A stretch of DNA of 62,054 nucleotides, filler included, from Platydemus manokwari (lineage: Eukaryota): NCBI GenBank assembly GCA_037951405.1. It is 6 parts of 6 records of this genome, joined end to end, with 100 filler letters (N's around TTAATTAATTAA, not from the genome) between each part and the next. Parts side by side here need not be neighbours in the genome. Positions count along the whole stretch, not along the records: positions 20,623 to 31,199 come from JBBMOY011122664.1; positions 31,300 to 40,021 come from JBBMOY011359982.1; positions 40,122 to 52,277 come from JBBMOY010282226.1; 3 more parts are not named here. One strand, given 5' to 3'. The first letter of the stretch is position 1. Each line of letters starts with the position of its first letter. The translations under genes were made by a program, and so were the position numbers. Under the pieces are notes generated by a model. That model was not told the DNA's origin. It made no database searches and was given only the letters and a program-made list of their open reading frames with translations. Below, one piece after another: positions 28,413-42,989 of this stretch.

Positions 28413-28974
28413 TTGTGTTAGATTTTGACTTATAATTTACCAATTTTCATCATTTTCCCTTGATTTCATGTTTTTTACCACGTCATTTAAAACATTTATT
28501 TCGTTTCAAATAACGTTTTAAATTTTCCTTTAATAAATGATAAGTTATGCATTTTGTGACTTTTTCTTAAATAATGAATGACGAAAAACGGATTTTAATA
28601 TTCGATCTGATAAATTATTCATCATTAATACATGTATCTCTACGATATTCTCAATGTTTAATAAAACAAATAATTATCAATCAATAGCTTAAATATTTTT
28701 AAGATTAATTTTTTTTAAAGGTTTTTATTTTATCATTCTACTTAATATTAAAAAGGACTAAAGATAATTATGATCTTCGAAAAAAAAGATTTATCTTTCG
28801 AATTTCAATATGTATTCAAAAGATCATCATATTTATTACTGATGTAAAATGATTTATTGGATAACCCCAAGACATTTTTCACATTGATTTCCACAACAAT
28901 TATAAATATTAGTGTCATAATCGAGATAACAATGGTGTACTTTTCGTTCATGATTCACATAATGACTTTATCGA

Positions 28975-29655
28975 ATTCGGTATTCAGGTTGATAATTTTT
29001 AATCATTATTTTCATTGCAATATCTTTATAACCTGAGAACATTGTGTCATTAAAACACGTGTCACATCCAAAATACCATTGGTAGATTTTGTAAAGTTTC
29101 TAACATGAAACGTTATCATGAGTGTGTCTAAATATTTATTTGTTGAATTGATATAGTAAATAAATAAACACGTGGTGTTTGTTTAAATAATTGATCGGCG
29201 GTTGATTGTAGTTTTTCAAATAAATATTATGACGGAAAGTGCTTTTAACTTAACTGATATTATTTAGATATTCATATTTATTTATAAATATTATTTTATT
29301 AATATTCATTTGACGAATATCCATTAAATCGTCACTTTGATTGTCAAACTAATTGATTAATTAATACCGTTAAACTTAAAAGAATGTTTTATGCATTTAT
29401 AAATAATTTCATATTTTTTGTTATTTTAGAAAATTAATTATTCAATATCAAACATAATCATTGGAAAAATTGTGCCAATGATGTTGCGAATAGAATTGTA
29501 AATGATTTAAGTATAATAAATTTATTTCGAAAGAGTCATATCACAATGGTTTTGAGGGTGAATATTGTATTTATTAATCAGTAATAATTTTATTTAATCT
29601 TGATTTTCAAGCCTTAATAAGTTTAATAATATATAATTGATATATTGTCATTAAA
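28975..29655 (+). repeat. Diverged direct copy of sequence upstream of the TIR gene (25340-25470 and 26155-26555)
   Basis: Shared strings such as TCGGTATTCAGGT, CTGAGAACATTG, CAATGATGTTGCGAATAGAATTGT and TAATAATATATAATTGATATATTGT occur in the same order. Confidence 0.85.
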
Positions 29656-30779
29656 AAGAGCTTATTCCATTTCGGGAATAATAATATAAATTTCAATTAT
29701 ATTTTCATTTAAAAATTAATGCAGTTTTCGAAACTGCTATTCCTTCGTTCTATTGTAGTTGAATCATATTCAGGATGTGTATAATAATTTTTTTAAAATT
29801 TCATTTTAAAAATTATGAATATCTAGAACAACTAAGCATAAATTACTTCTGCTTCTGATACAATCCACCTTGCGAGCAGAATTATGATTACACTCTCATT
29901 TAAATAATGTTCTTGCAGTTGTTTGCGGTTTCTTAGAAATTAACCACGCCTTTATCTAGCTATTTATACTTATTGGTGTTGCCATATTTGATGAATTAAG
30001 AATCCATCGGATTATTTTTATTTGAATCATATAACTGAATAAAGAGTTCTATTTTTCTACTGTACTGGGATTTACTAAAGATGTGTGAATAAATTTATAT
30101 CACTTGATTTTATATTTATTAAATTTTTATATATTGGCTCTTGTATTATATTAGGAATCCATTTTATTAAATGGTTCTATTTTGGTGGATTTATATTTGA
30201 TTAATTTTCATTCATCAGGACATGTCCGAAATTGTCAGCAATTTACATAAATCAAAGTTAGTACATGGTATTACTACTAGTTTTACTTTTATATTGATAT
30301 TATTTTATTCTTTTATACATTGTTGCACCTGTAGATTTAACGAATAAAATAATTTTAAAAAATGAAAAATTTTGATACATCGATTCGAAATACACATATC
30401 AAAAACAAGATTTTTTGAGACGTCTCGTATTTTTAGTGTTTTTTTTATCAAACCAATTATATGTTGAAAGGAAAATAGTTGTCGGAAGTTATCCACCTAA
30501 CTGCCAAAAGATAAATGCTCATAAATTAAAACAATACATCGATTGAAAGTTTCTCCACCTAAAATTTAGAAGCCATTACAGATCAAGAATCATTAATAAT
30601 GTATAACAAAATGATGGTATATCTATATAAAAATAATAGAAATAGAAATCATGGCAGGACAGCTCACTTCGCTCAAATACAAATCATGCTATAGAAAATC
30701 AAATTATGAATAATATTCATCCACCAGTAAATAATGTTACTTTTAATTAATTAATTAATAGGCACAATTATTCAGTGAT

Positions 30780-31135
30780 CGAATTTCAAAACGTTTCCAA
30801 ATTAGAATTAACTAAATCAAATTTAAATATTAAAAATATTATTCCATTAAATAATGAAATAGAAGATATTGTAAAAGAATACTTTAAAGTAAATAAAAGA
30901 TTAAATATCAAATTAAAATGAGAGTAGATTATATAAAAGCTGAAGAAACACTGACTAAAACATTTTATTCTGATCCAAACGTAAAAACAAAAATAAATGT
31001 TATTATTATTAATGATCATTTAGATAAAACTCAATATTATATTGAGGAACAATAATTAACCGGATCTGCTTGGGTGTGTCAGAATATTACAAAAGTAGAA
31101 ATTCATTTAATCAAATATCAATCAATTTATTGCCC
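30780..31135 (+). mobile_element. Probable Polinton pPolB N-terminal remnant
   Basis: IEEQ.LTGSAWVCQNITKVEIHLIKYQ resembles the GSGW...I..Y motif at the N-terminus of Polinton polymerases. Degenerate. Confidence 0.4.
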
Positions 31136-31199
31136 AATAAGAACAAAACATATTTGACACATTACAATTAAAATTGTTGATTAAAATCATAATTTAATA

Positions 31200-31299
31200 N
31201 NNNNNNNNNNNNNNNNNNNNNNNNNNNNNNNNNNNNNNNNNNNTTAATTAATTAANNNNNNNNNNNNNNNNNNNNNNNNNNNNNNNNNNNNNNNNNNNN
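31200..31299. other. Artificial contig linker
   Basis: N44-TTAATTAATTAA-N44. Confidence 0.97.
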
Positions 31300-31449
31300 C
31301 ATAGGTGTGTGTTTATAACTTATTTCGCTATCAAAACTATTAATAATAAAACTTTAGATTTTCAAGGTAAAAAGACAAACGGCTAATAATATCTATTTAA
31401 GACAATGATTAATTGGTAAGCTGTTATAAATCACGACTTACAACATAGA

Positions 31450-34400
31450 TTATGTCTTGCGATTGAACCTAGGATCATATTTCACTTGGCTACAGCCGGT
31501 AATTGATTGCTCAGCTATCGCCCTCAGAGACTTTATTCCTTGTTCTCGTTGATTTAGAGCAGTATGAGTTAATTTTGGCAGTATGTGACTCCCATTGAAA
31601 ATACGACGCATTGATATTTGACTTTATGATTTTCATTGCTAGTTTGCGGATGATATACTGGCTAAGTCCCAATTTTCGTAGAATGCCATTATTTGACTTC
31701 ACCCATGTTCCAAGCTCACCCACGATCAAAGTGTGGATTTTAGATTGTTTTTCTTTGACCTTTTTTGAGACTGTCGTGCTTGTCTAAAAATTTTCTGATT
31801 TTTCTCATCAATTAACTTTGGCTCGTCCCTAGGGGCATTTGATGTCAATTAACATGATGATAGGTTTTCTGTTATTCACCATTTATAAGTCGACTCGAAA
31901 GTTGGATTTCACAAATTGGCATATCTGATCTATAAAAATTCGATAATCGGTATAATATTCCACATACTTTGCTACAATCCCCATAAATTCATTATGCCTA
32001 AAAGTTACAAACGAGTTAGATGGTTTACACATTGTGAAAATATGTCTGTGATTTCGTTGGGTACAGACATTTACGGAACGCCATCCTGTCTCTGTATTTT
32101 TATTCAAAGTCGGTAAGGTATCAGTTTTGGCTTAGTTGATAAATTCGAACTTTGCAATGGTTAAGAGGCCATGGAATATCGTCTTGCTCCACATAGGTCT
32201 AATCGTACCGTATAAGATATTGTATCACCCTCTTCTAATTTGTTCATTTCTTTGGATTTGGTACGATTGAATGAAACACCATAGAAGAAGTTTCGGAGAT
32301 TGTTTAATATTCTTTGGTTCCACTGTCGATGATTTTGTATAACTGAGACCATTTCCATCGTAATTTTCAGATTATTGAATAAATTTTCTATGGAATTGTG
32401 TAACTTCAGTGAGAAGTTCACATCGAAATACCGATAATGAAATTGGAATTGATTTATTGTTCACTTCTAAGTTATCGGGCCTAGAGCCTTCTCTTTCATT
32501 GTGTAGTTTTCCGCATTTTGATTATTTGAACTTGAATCCGAGTGAGGTCGCCAGTTTGGAAGCATCGTTGATCATTGATTGTACATTATTGGTTTCCCTA
32601 CCGGTCAGCGCAATGTCATCAGCATATGTTATGCAAGAGATTTTGTTATTAACCAATTATAATTATTATTATAATCTACCTATCAATTTTGAATCATCTT
32701 GATAAGAATAGGGTTAATTGAAATGTTCAATAACAACATTGATATTGGGCTACTTTGACAAACCCCGCGCTCGATTTCGATCGGACACGTCTCATAATCT
32801 CCACACTTGGACGTAGTCCAGCAGTTGTTGTATAGAAATTTGATCATTTTTAAAGAAAATATCGCTTTATACGGATAATATAATATTCTGAGAGATATTG
32901 TTGAGGTTTTGTAAGGATTTTGTTTGCATTTCATGAAAAATATAAAAACATGACTACACACTAGCATTTATTGTACAATAGGTTTTGATATCAGATTTTC
33001 ATATTTATGGATTTTAAATATGGATTTGATGACGATAAAACATGATGTATTGATTTTCCCTGAAATATTTATCAGTTTCGCTATTACGTAATCTAAAGTC
33101 AAGATAATTAACCTTTAGATAATTGGACAAGTCTGTACAAGGTTTTATCCGGACTTACAAATCAGTATTATCAGCTAGACAGCAATATGTAATTTATTTA
33201 TCAATGAAAAAGTAGAATTTCAGCTTTTGTTTACAACCAGGTTTAATTGATTTTAATTCTGTTTCGATTAATGATTAACAATGAGTGTGTGCAACCTTCA
33301 ATTTCGCCACATTTTGTTTGAACTTCTCTGGAATCTAGTGTTTGTGTTAGTCTGATTAGGTTGTGATTCATCTCAACAAGTAAACTTGGTTTCCAAAGCA
33401 ATATGCTGAGATTTTTGTAGGCATGGGCAATTAATTGTTGATATTCTTCTGTGATGTTGTTCGACATCGGGTCTGTTGGTGAAATAGTTTTTTTTGACAT
33501 CGATCTTTAAGAGTGTTCATTGTTTTGATTTAAGCAATGCCAGTCAGAAGATTAGCTTTCGTCCTTTGCAAACCTTGAAGTCTAGATTGTCAATAATATC
33601 CGTAACTTTGTTCTTCGTAATCGCTTCACTAATAAATGGATCGAGGACAAGATCTCTTCTGTGCCGGAATTTTTTAACCGTTATCAAGCGCACGTGCTTC
33701 TCTGAGAATAATACGAAATCTTCTTTGTGTTTTTCTAGAATCTGCGTCCCATACTTTCTTTGATAATCGTTTCATAATGAACCGGTTGACATTTCGCACC
33801 TTTCGAAGAATTTCTTGGACATTAATTGCGGTATCTTTGCTTTCAGATATAATTTTCTCAGTGTAAACACAGTCCATGGACCCACAATCACCACTATTTG
33901 CTTTGCATTGTCTCATACTGAAGTTTTCAGGATGTTGTAGTTACATGGTTGTCCCAGTTCTTAATTCGTTTATTGTGGTGACTAGAATATCTACTTTTTC
34001 CATCACTCTGACTATATACGGGCTTTGCTCACCGAGAGAGTCAATTATTTCTGCACTACTATTAATTGTCCCTACGATTTGCGTTCAGTGGGTGTTGCAT
34101 ATATTGACCGGAGCGAGAATTGTAGCGATTTAAGTTGAAATTTTAAACCATGCGATTGCTTCTTCGGGTTCTTTGTTGTACTCTAAGATTGCTTTGGTTA
34201 TATAAGAATCGATATATAGAACTGTTGGGTTGTCGTTGACCGCAGTTATGTACGTTTCTATTTGGTCTCCGGTAAACCAAAAGGTTATCAGGCACTAAGG
34301 GGTCATATGTAAAAGAAACAGATACTCCCTCTATGTGACCCCATCAATTATTGAATTCTTCTGATGATTCCCCACTCTTGGAATCTACCTTTTTCTTGGT
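31450..34400 (-). mobile_element. Degenerate NeSL-like non-LTR retrotransposon (Ulp1-like protease, RT, CCHC, RLE)
   Basis: Minus strand: WFTGDQIETY (W = TGG at 34277-34279), LAPVN..H and NSGDCG (protease); RGVCQSSPIS and TYADD (~32620, RT); HIFTMC...RHN, LIDIKCP and IVGELGTW (RLE). Multiple stops and frameshifts. Confidence 0.85.
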
Positions 34401-35599
34401 CTAAATGTCGTTATCTCTTGGCAGTAACTAGCACATACTGGGCTCAATTTTCTTCTTCTTTTCTTTTGGGTTGCTTCTGAATAAGAGTCTTTGATTATCA
34501 CCTTTGCTGGGTTGCCTAGAGTGCTAGGTTAGTAGCTTAGACAGTGACTTACCAGGTAAGTTTAGATTTTTCATCCTGAAGAAAATCTGGATTTTGGGAA
34601 AATCGAGTGTTTGAGTGTCTCCTCAAACTGGAGGCATAAGGCCTGTCATCCTGTTAAGCATATCAATATTGGAAATCTCTCATTGAGTAGATTATATCGT
34701 CAATCAATTGCAAAAGCATAAGTTATATGACGTGATTTGTAATTTCCACGTTTTGAGCTATTTTTTGTTTTTCAGATGCATTGTAACCAATATATATATA
34801 TATGTATAATCGGTGAAAATATTAACAAAATTATTGCTATACTCAAATAGAATTTATGTCTTAACATGTCGAATAATTTGGAGTTGCAAGTACAAAGTTA
34901 AAAAGTATTCATATTGTAAAATAGAAATGAAAATATTATAATAAGTCACTAGTGCTTGACAAATTCATGAACTAATGAAAAATATTTTCTTAAATTTATT
35001 TACTGATTTTTTCTATAGCTGCTATTATATTGATGATAATGCCAATTGTTTAGTGATTTCTGGGCAAAAGTTTTTATTGATTATTATCTGAGTTAGTTTT
35101 CAGTTGACATCATTTCTAACTTGAAAATAATTACTGCATATGACGTCTTAATGTGATGTGAAGCAATGAGAAGTGCTGAGATATAGATAACTGACTGGTG
35201 TTAAGTGTTTTGTAATTTATATTTGAAAGCTTCTATTAATTTGATGAATAAATAGTTAGACTTCATTTAGTTGACATAAGATATCTATCTAAATTTTGAA
35301 GATACTTAATTTGATGGGAAGTTTTATGAGGTGTTTTATTCTACAAGCCTCAAGTTAATCGGTGTGTGATCTACACGTACATGAAGGTTTGGAACATGTG
35401 CCAGGGTTGTTGTTCTAACGATTCATGTGGCTTGGGCCTTTATAAAAACAAACTGATACCTGCTTACAATTATTATTTTAGCAGGGATTTGTTCATCACA
35501 GATATCGATATGGAGAGGTTTTGTGATGTAATACAACCATTTGTGAATGATGACCTATAGCAAGTCCAGTCATTCCGATTTGGCAGAAATTCCATGGAT

Positions 35600-36580
35600 G
35601 GCATAAAGACATTATGACTGTCTGAAATTATTTCACCAACTTCTTAATTCACCTGATTTGATGGTTAATGTAAATAAAATAGTGCCCTCTCTTATAAGGT
35701 ATAACACTGTTTCGTTATTTCGAGTTGACGTATATATAGAACATCTTGAATCATTGGATATCCAATGCCCACTCAACAATAATCGGTTGATTAAACAAGC
35801 TTCTTAAAGGAACTCAGCAGATTATGCTTCACTACTGGATATAATAAATTAGTACAAGTCTTATTGTACTATGGCTATTCACGCAATCGTGGTAGTTATT
35901 TGGACCAGCTTCTACAATAAACTTTGAATATTCTCAAAGTACTTAAAATCTAGGAAAACAACATCAAGAAACGAGCCAAACTACTATGTGCTCCGAATAT
36001 TTGACATTCTGCTCGAAGATCAAACTAGGGTCATACCTACAGGTGAGAGAAAATTCCTAATTTCACGGTGTGAATCTCAACTCACGAGTTTCGGCAAAAC
36101 AGATGGTAATGGTCAAAGCCACAATTGAAATAAACCAAGATGATACACTAATCTCATCATTTTTGGAACCCCCGGACAAAAAGGAGACGATGAGAAAGAT
36201 GTGGCAAACCAAGTTGTCGTCTCTCCAGATGATGAATGATGTCCCCTAATGGCCTCAATAAAAACTCTATCAGGACTGTCATAATCGGATTAATTGATGT
36301 GATTTAGTTTTGAGGTTTTATGTTCTTCAGATATTATCTTTTTAATTCTATAATAATCAACGAATTCAATTCCACTGTATTGACAATTTATTGTTGCAGA
36401 TCAGCCAAGCTCAATGCTTTCCATGATGATCTGTGGGAAAAACTGTACTTGAGCTACATGGAAAAAAGAATACAGTTGTCAAAATTTCAGAGCCGATGAT
36501 ATTAATTCACAATATAACACTCATAAATATTTTCAATTCAACATCTAAGAAGCAAGTTGACTGGTCCGCACTTGTTTAGT
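35600..36580 (+). mobile_element. Second degenerate copy of the RLE element family seen at 830-2080
   Basis: Collinear nucleotide similarity, e.g. AATTCACC.GATTTGAT.GTTAATGTAAA, TTTGAATATTCTCAAAGT, TTCAGAGCCGATGAT and CTTGTTTAGTGAT. Confidence 0.75.
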
Positions 36581-38169
36581 GATATATTTATAATATTGTG
36601 TAGTTTATTTAATAACTAATAATAAATCATAAAATGTTATTTATTGTGGCCACATCTCACAAGATTTATTTATTATTATTATTTATTGATGTGACCAGAG
36701 TCCATTTTGTAATATTTTAGTTTCGAAACTCAGTAGATTTTTTATGAACACATTTTCACTGATATTTTAACAACTGCTCCAGAACATTTCGTTTCGATAA
36801 TTCTAATATATGAGCTATTTTTTAACTCTAAACTTGTGTATCTTTTTGAATGTTGATTTAATTTTCATTTTAATAACATATTTGAGCTACACATTCCATT
36901 TCCTATCGGAATGTTACAAAATATTAACGAAAATCAAATTTTAAATTTTTTTAAATAAATTTGAAGCTTTCGAGAATAGTATATCAACCATTTTTTACAT
37001 CTCGGACTACCAAAAAGGATTAAATAAAAATTATTTATATGTTTCTTATAAATCTAGCATTTTATTTTAAATAATTTTGTTGATATAAAAACCCTCATTG
37101 GCAAACATAAAATTGATTGTTTTTTAAATGTTTCACTGTTCATCATATTTTACTATATTTTTTGGTTAACGACATGTTTCGAGTAGGATCGAAGAGTTTT
37201 AAAAAAAATTTTAGTGTTTATGCTTAAGTATGAGTGATGCCTACTACTTTTGATACAACTGATGAAGGCTGAGAGATAACTTACACAGGGTTTATACTCC
37301 AACAAATAATTCCCTTTTAGAAAAAATTGCACTATGGGATCTCTGTTTAAACTATTTACGTAATTGATGTATTACAGTTTTAAATGATTCTTATAATATT
37401 TTATTAACCTCTGTTAATTATGATTATTTTAGTGACGCGGACTTCTTAGATCACTAATATATCATATTGAAGAAGGTTTTATTAAATAATTATAAAACCT
37501 AACTATTCGATTTTATAAAACAATCCAGTTGATCAGATATCGATTGTGCATATCAAATTTTGAATTATTTGACCACAATTTTGAAAAATATTAATTTAGT
37601 ACAATAAAATTATGGTAGATAACTATTTATTAAGCATGATCTTTAATTTAATATAGACTTTAAATAATCCTTAATTTAAATTAAAATGTGAACATGCCCT
37701 TGTTAAATATTCAGAGTTTGATATCATACCGCTTGAGCGATTATATGATATCGATTTGAAGGCAAAAACTATTTTTAATTATGATAATTTATCAAAAAGG
37801 TTTTTCATATATACCGAACAAAGTAACGAAAACAATTTTGTATAAAGCTATTTATTCATCTATCTCAATTAAACATCAGTAATTAATTTGAGCTTAATGA
37901 TAATTTAAAATGGAAAATATGAACAGTGACACAATAATTTTTTTTAACACTTAAATGAATTTAGAACTAGTTTGCTCTATTTCTGGCTAGGTTTCCTTTT
38001 TGATATCGATTTAAAATAATAAATTAATTCACCTTTAAAATCTTCATTTACCGATAATATTTTATTTATTAAAATATCATTCAACCAAATCATCTCATTA
38101 TTCGTTTCTCACAAATTTTAAGTTTGCACGTCACTGTCATGCAGAGCTATCTATTAAGATTACTACCCC

Positions 38170-39000
38170 TCTGGGGAATCCTGGCTGTCCGATGTGCATT
38201 CTATTTATTTTTCTCTGATGATAATTTTGTAAAACTATTCTCTTCGTTAAAGATCCTGGTAGTTCTAATTGATTCACTTTTATTCAATCCTTTTGTATAT
38301 TTATCTTATGGTCTTGGCGTTCTCTAAATTGGAATGAATTCCTTTCTAGAAATCCAGGTCTGCAAATTTGTTTTGATAATGCTTGTAATTTATAGTATTG
38401 TACGTTGCCGTTGGGTTGATGTTGAGATACCTGAACAGGAGAACTGAGGCCAAATATCAAGCAAACTCTCATTAAATAATTGGCGCGTATAGCTAGATAT
38501 TTAATTTCCATTTGTAGATCGTGTCTACCAATATTTTCCTTTCAGCAGTTATTGCACTTCTCTAAAATACCTTCATATTGTTCTCCAAAATCGATAACTC
38601 GTGATCTTGATGTTATTCTTGCATTCATCAAGGTATTCCCACAATAAATTACTGCTGCCACTGCCAATTGAGATTTGAAGTCATTTGCAGTCCTGGATCT
38701 GAATTGAGAAAAACAAGCCTTTCCTTGATATCATTTCGACTTAATTTAGCTCTCACAAATGATTTCCTGTTTTTCGGATCGTCTACTGTTGCATTATACC
38801 CTTTGTTTCGAATTCTCCAAGATACGTCTCTTTCCCTTGCATTGTTTTTGACAACTTGTTTTTCTCTGATCTCCATTGATATCCACGCTCAAACTCTTGC
38901 TTTCGGGGAAGATTAACAAATTTTTCTGATTCTCTTCTCTTTTGCTACTCATAAGAGCAATGATTTTGGCCTGTTCGTCAGTAAAAAAAGCCATCAAATT
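38170..39000 (-). pseudogene. Disrupted coding remnant, possibly a LINE ORF1-like sequence
   Basis: Island of higher GC with overlapping short minus-strand ORFs (38794-38997, 38649-38876, 38284-38511), consistent with one frameshifted ORF. No diagnostic motif. Confidence 0.3.
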
Positions 39001-40021
39001 CCATAAAAGTTCATTATTACGAAAAATACGTTATTCAGAATCTATAAATCAATCGAATATCTAGATTTAATCAAACTTTTATTATTAATGTTTTTTGTAT
39101 TAATATATCAACAGTTGTAATTAAATGGAGTAAGTATTCAAATTTTAATGTTTTTCAAAATCGGTAGTAATATTTTCAATTTCTAATTATTCGTGAATTT
39201 ATAAAGAACTAAAATATTCAGATAAAGCTTTCATTAAATTATAGTTGTTCATCATTTATGTCAGAATTTTAGTTTCAACTTTCATATGAAAATCATATTT
39301 ATCATCTACAATCAGAAAATTTGAATTAAAATATTCTTCCCATCCTAAAATACACAATATGGTATTTAAAAATGTATTCTCAAAATTAAATTTGCAAAAA
39401 AATTTCTTGTTTATTTTATGTATTTGAATTTAAAAATAAATTAATTAAATGCCATGCTATTATTTTATAATGTTTGTTTTTTTATATTATCATATAATTA
39501 TTTTAAATATTCAAAGTTAAATCGATAATTTAAATATTTCTAATATTAATATATTTTCTATTATTTATAAATATTATTATTATAAATATTATTATATAAT
39601 TATTAACTGATACCCATACAAAATGTCTATACAAATAACACTATTTATGTTTGAAATTTTTCTTTATTCTTCAAAATTTCGATGGGAATTAAATGATTTA
39701 AAAATGAAGTTCAATTATTTATTAAATCAAATTAATAAAAGCTACTCAAAGTGAATTTCAATGTACTTTTAATTACTCAGTTATTTAGTTGTCAGTACTT
39801 CTCAGAGCTTCATGTTACACTAAGACGTTGTAGGAGGCATTATTTTCTAGTTAGAAATTGTGTCAACTAATAAACAACTCAGATAATAATCAATAAAAGT
39901 GTTCGCATTAAAATTTTTAAACAATCGTCATTATCATTATGATAATAATAACCATAGAAACAACGAGTAAAAGAATTTAGAAAAATACTTTTCATTGGTT
40001 AATTAATGTTTCAAGCACTAC

Positions 40022-40121
40022 NNNNNNNNNNNNNNNNNNNNNNNNNNNNNNNNNNNNNNNNNNNNTTAATTAATTAANNNNNNNNNNNNNNNNNNNNNNN
40101 NNNNNNNNNNNNNNNNNNNNN
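40022..40121. other. Artificial contig linker
   Basis: N44-TTAATTAATTAA-N44. Confidence 0.97.
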
Positions 40122-40489
40122 ATTGGATAATTGTTATATGCTGTGATATATATATGTGTGTGTGTGTTTAAAGTTATTTGGAACAAAGTTATTGATTTAA
40201 AAACCGGATCATAATATGTACAATTTTCATTGATCTGTCGCTGATAATAAGAATTAATGTTAGGCAAATAACAGTTATAATATTTTAGAAAACTATTGCA
40301 TCACTTATTGCATGAATCGTAGAGAAAAATATCAAAACACATTTCAAGAAAGCTCATGGTAATATGAAACAAATGAATAAATTCACTATCAAGTGAACCA
40401 CATTGACGAATAAAATGAAGAATAGATAATTATCAAAAATAAACAATAAATCTGTTTTATTTCATGAAAATATAACATTAATCACTTAT

Positions 40490-42250
40490 CTATTTCATTT
40501 TTCTGTCTATAAGACTTGAGATAAATAGAAATATATTCCCGAATCCGTCCAGCATCAATTCTTGTTTCTTTACTTGCAGAAATCTGTCAATAAAAAAGTA
40601 ATTAATTTTCACATTACATTTCGTGTTACATGCTATGTTTAATAAACCATTTACAAAATTGAAAAAATCCTATTTAACAATCAAAAATTTTTATTAAAAT
40701 ATAAACTACTGACAATTTAAAAATAGCTAATTTATTAATAAATATTATTATTAAATAATTTATCAAACAAGTGGATTTAATATACAAAAAGGTAACCAGT
40801 TGAAATCAATATTTTCTCATACAAATTTCGACCAATCATCTATGAAAACAAATGTACCTTCTCGACAATTTTTTTCAAAAGAATATCATATTCCAGCGGA
40901 TATATATCATTGGTCGTAATCATTTCCGTAAGAATGCTGCCTACAGTTCGTTCGATATCTTTAAGCCATTGATATTTTCTCGAATTCTCCATCGATTGGT
41001 GTTTTTTCATCTGGATTTCATTGTAAACAGCATTCTCAATCATATTTCCCAAATACAAGGCAACCTTGCATGTAAACTTCATTGATTTTAAAAACTGCAT
41101 ATAATCACTCGATTTATCGATGGGAAATAAATAATTGCAATCCAATTTGTCTGTGAAATCACCATCGATATTTGCCATCGAATTCATTTCGATTGGTGAT
41201 TGTGGGTTGATGGGTTGATTGGAAATATTCTGATCGATTCCATTTATATTTTCCTGAACAACACGAAATGAAAATCACAACGACAATCAAAGGAAACCAA
41301 GAGAAAAAATGATCACTTTATTCAATGAAGCATCGTTACTAGGCAACAGTTGAATGCTTAAAATTGACGAATGAGAATCAAATGATTTCGATCCCTGAAA
41401 AACATAAAATACCATTCGATTTCCCAATTCGATTTATCCATAAGAAACTTACAAAAATCTCGTCGATTTTATTGACAATCAAATCGAAAAGTATTCGAAA
41501 GACTTCGTTCATATTTGCTTGGATTTCAAAACAAACATTTCCCAAAATGACCTTGGGGGAGAAAAAGAATTAATGGTTTTGTCCTTTGAAAATCATAAGC
41601 GAAAACAACTTGATAAATCAATTGTTTGTCATTGGTTTTTACCGTTTTATAAATTGGACCTTGTTGGAAAATTTGTTGTGAAATTGATTGTAATTTGATT
41701 TCATAATCATTCTAATGGAATATAAAAATCGATAATGGAACAACAATCAATCGAAAACATTATTTCAATGAATATACTTCTGCATTATTGATTAGAAAGA
41801 AAGTACCAACGATTTCCTAATTAAAATAATTTAATAATTAATAGAATTTATTAATGAGAAATTAATAGTTTTCTAATAAAAAATTAATTAAAATATGACA
41901 TTATTTTTTATAAAAAATATCTAAAAAATAATAAAATTATAATCATTCCTAATCATTACAAATGGTTGTCCAAATACAAAATATTCAAATATCCTTTATA
42001 TCAAATTTTTTAAACTGAATTGTAAAATTTCCAAAATAAACACATTAAGAAACACACCAACTTCAGTGATTAATGATTTGGATAACAATTCTTGGAATAA
42101 ATTCAATAAATTATTATTGTGGGCCGATTCGTAAGATTCACTAATAGTTTCACAATTGATCTTATATACTGGAATTGAAATCTTGTCAAAAAAGAACAAT
42201 GTTAATACTAATCGAATTTGATATTCGTTACTTTCGAAATGAAATGGTTT
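40490..42250 (-). CDS. Uncharacterised multi-exon protein-coding gene (3' part)
   Basis: GT-AG-bounded exons read NDYEIKLQSISQQIFQQGPIYKT / VILGNVCFEIQANMNEVFRILFDLIVNKIDEIF / GSKSFDSH...LNK / ENINGID...LLKKIVEK / ISASKETRIDAGRIREYISIYLKSYRQKMK*. Family not recognised. Confidence 0.6.
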
Positions 42251-42989
42251 GTAGAATTTTCTTTAATTTTGGAAATTTGTGATAAAATATTCACACTTTC
42301 AAGCCATTTTTTACTAATATAAATTTTGATAGATTCTATAAAAAACTGTTTAACGAAACATTAGATAATAACATTAAAAACCTTCAATGGTGTCCATATA
42401 AATTGTGAATCTTAAAAATTTAATTTTGAAAATGGTATAATTGTTAACCACTTATTCAAACAATACATCAAAACATGTATATATTCAAAACTAATAAACT
42501 AAACTTTTTTCTTGTTATGTAAGACATAATAGACTACATATTTCACGTAGTTTCCAGTTCAATTCTCAATATGTCAAATCAATTCAAAATAACACTCTGA
42601 TAATATCAACCTGGTAATATGATTTTGTTATTTGACTACTTTAAGTGATTTTGACTATTTTTTTAGGATGACATTCGCTAATAAAACAAATTTTAATTTC
42701 AATCGGCTTGATACTTTTTTAAGTATTTTTACATTTTTATAATGAAATTCGATTCGAAATTATGTCAAAATTTTGTAAGTATTTCATATTTTTACAAATA
42801 ACAATTATATTTGAGAATATATACATATATAATAATAAGACAGTAAATAACTTGATCAATAATAAAATAGTTATTAAGTAAAATAGATTATATAAGTACT
42901 ACAATATTTATGGGATGCTGAACTCAAAAGAGTAAAATTAAAATAAATTAATAATAACATAAATAGAATAATCAACATATAACAAGTAA

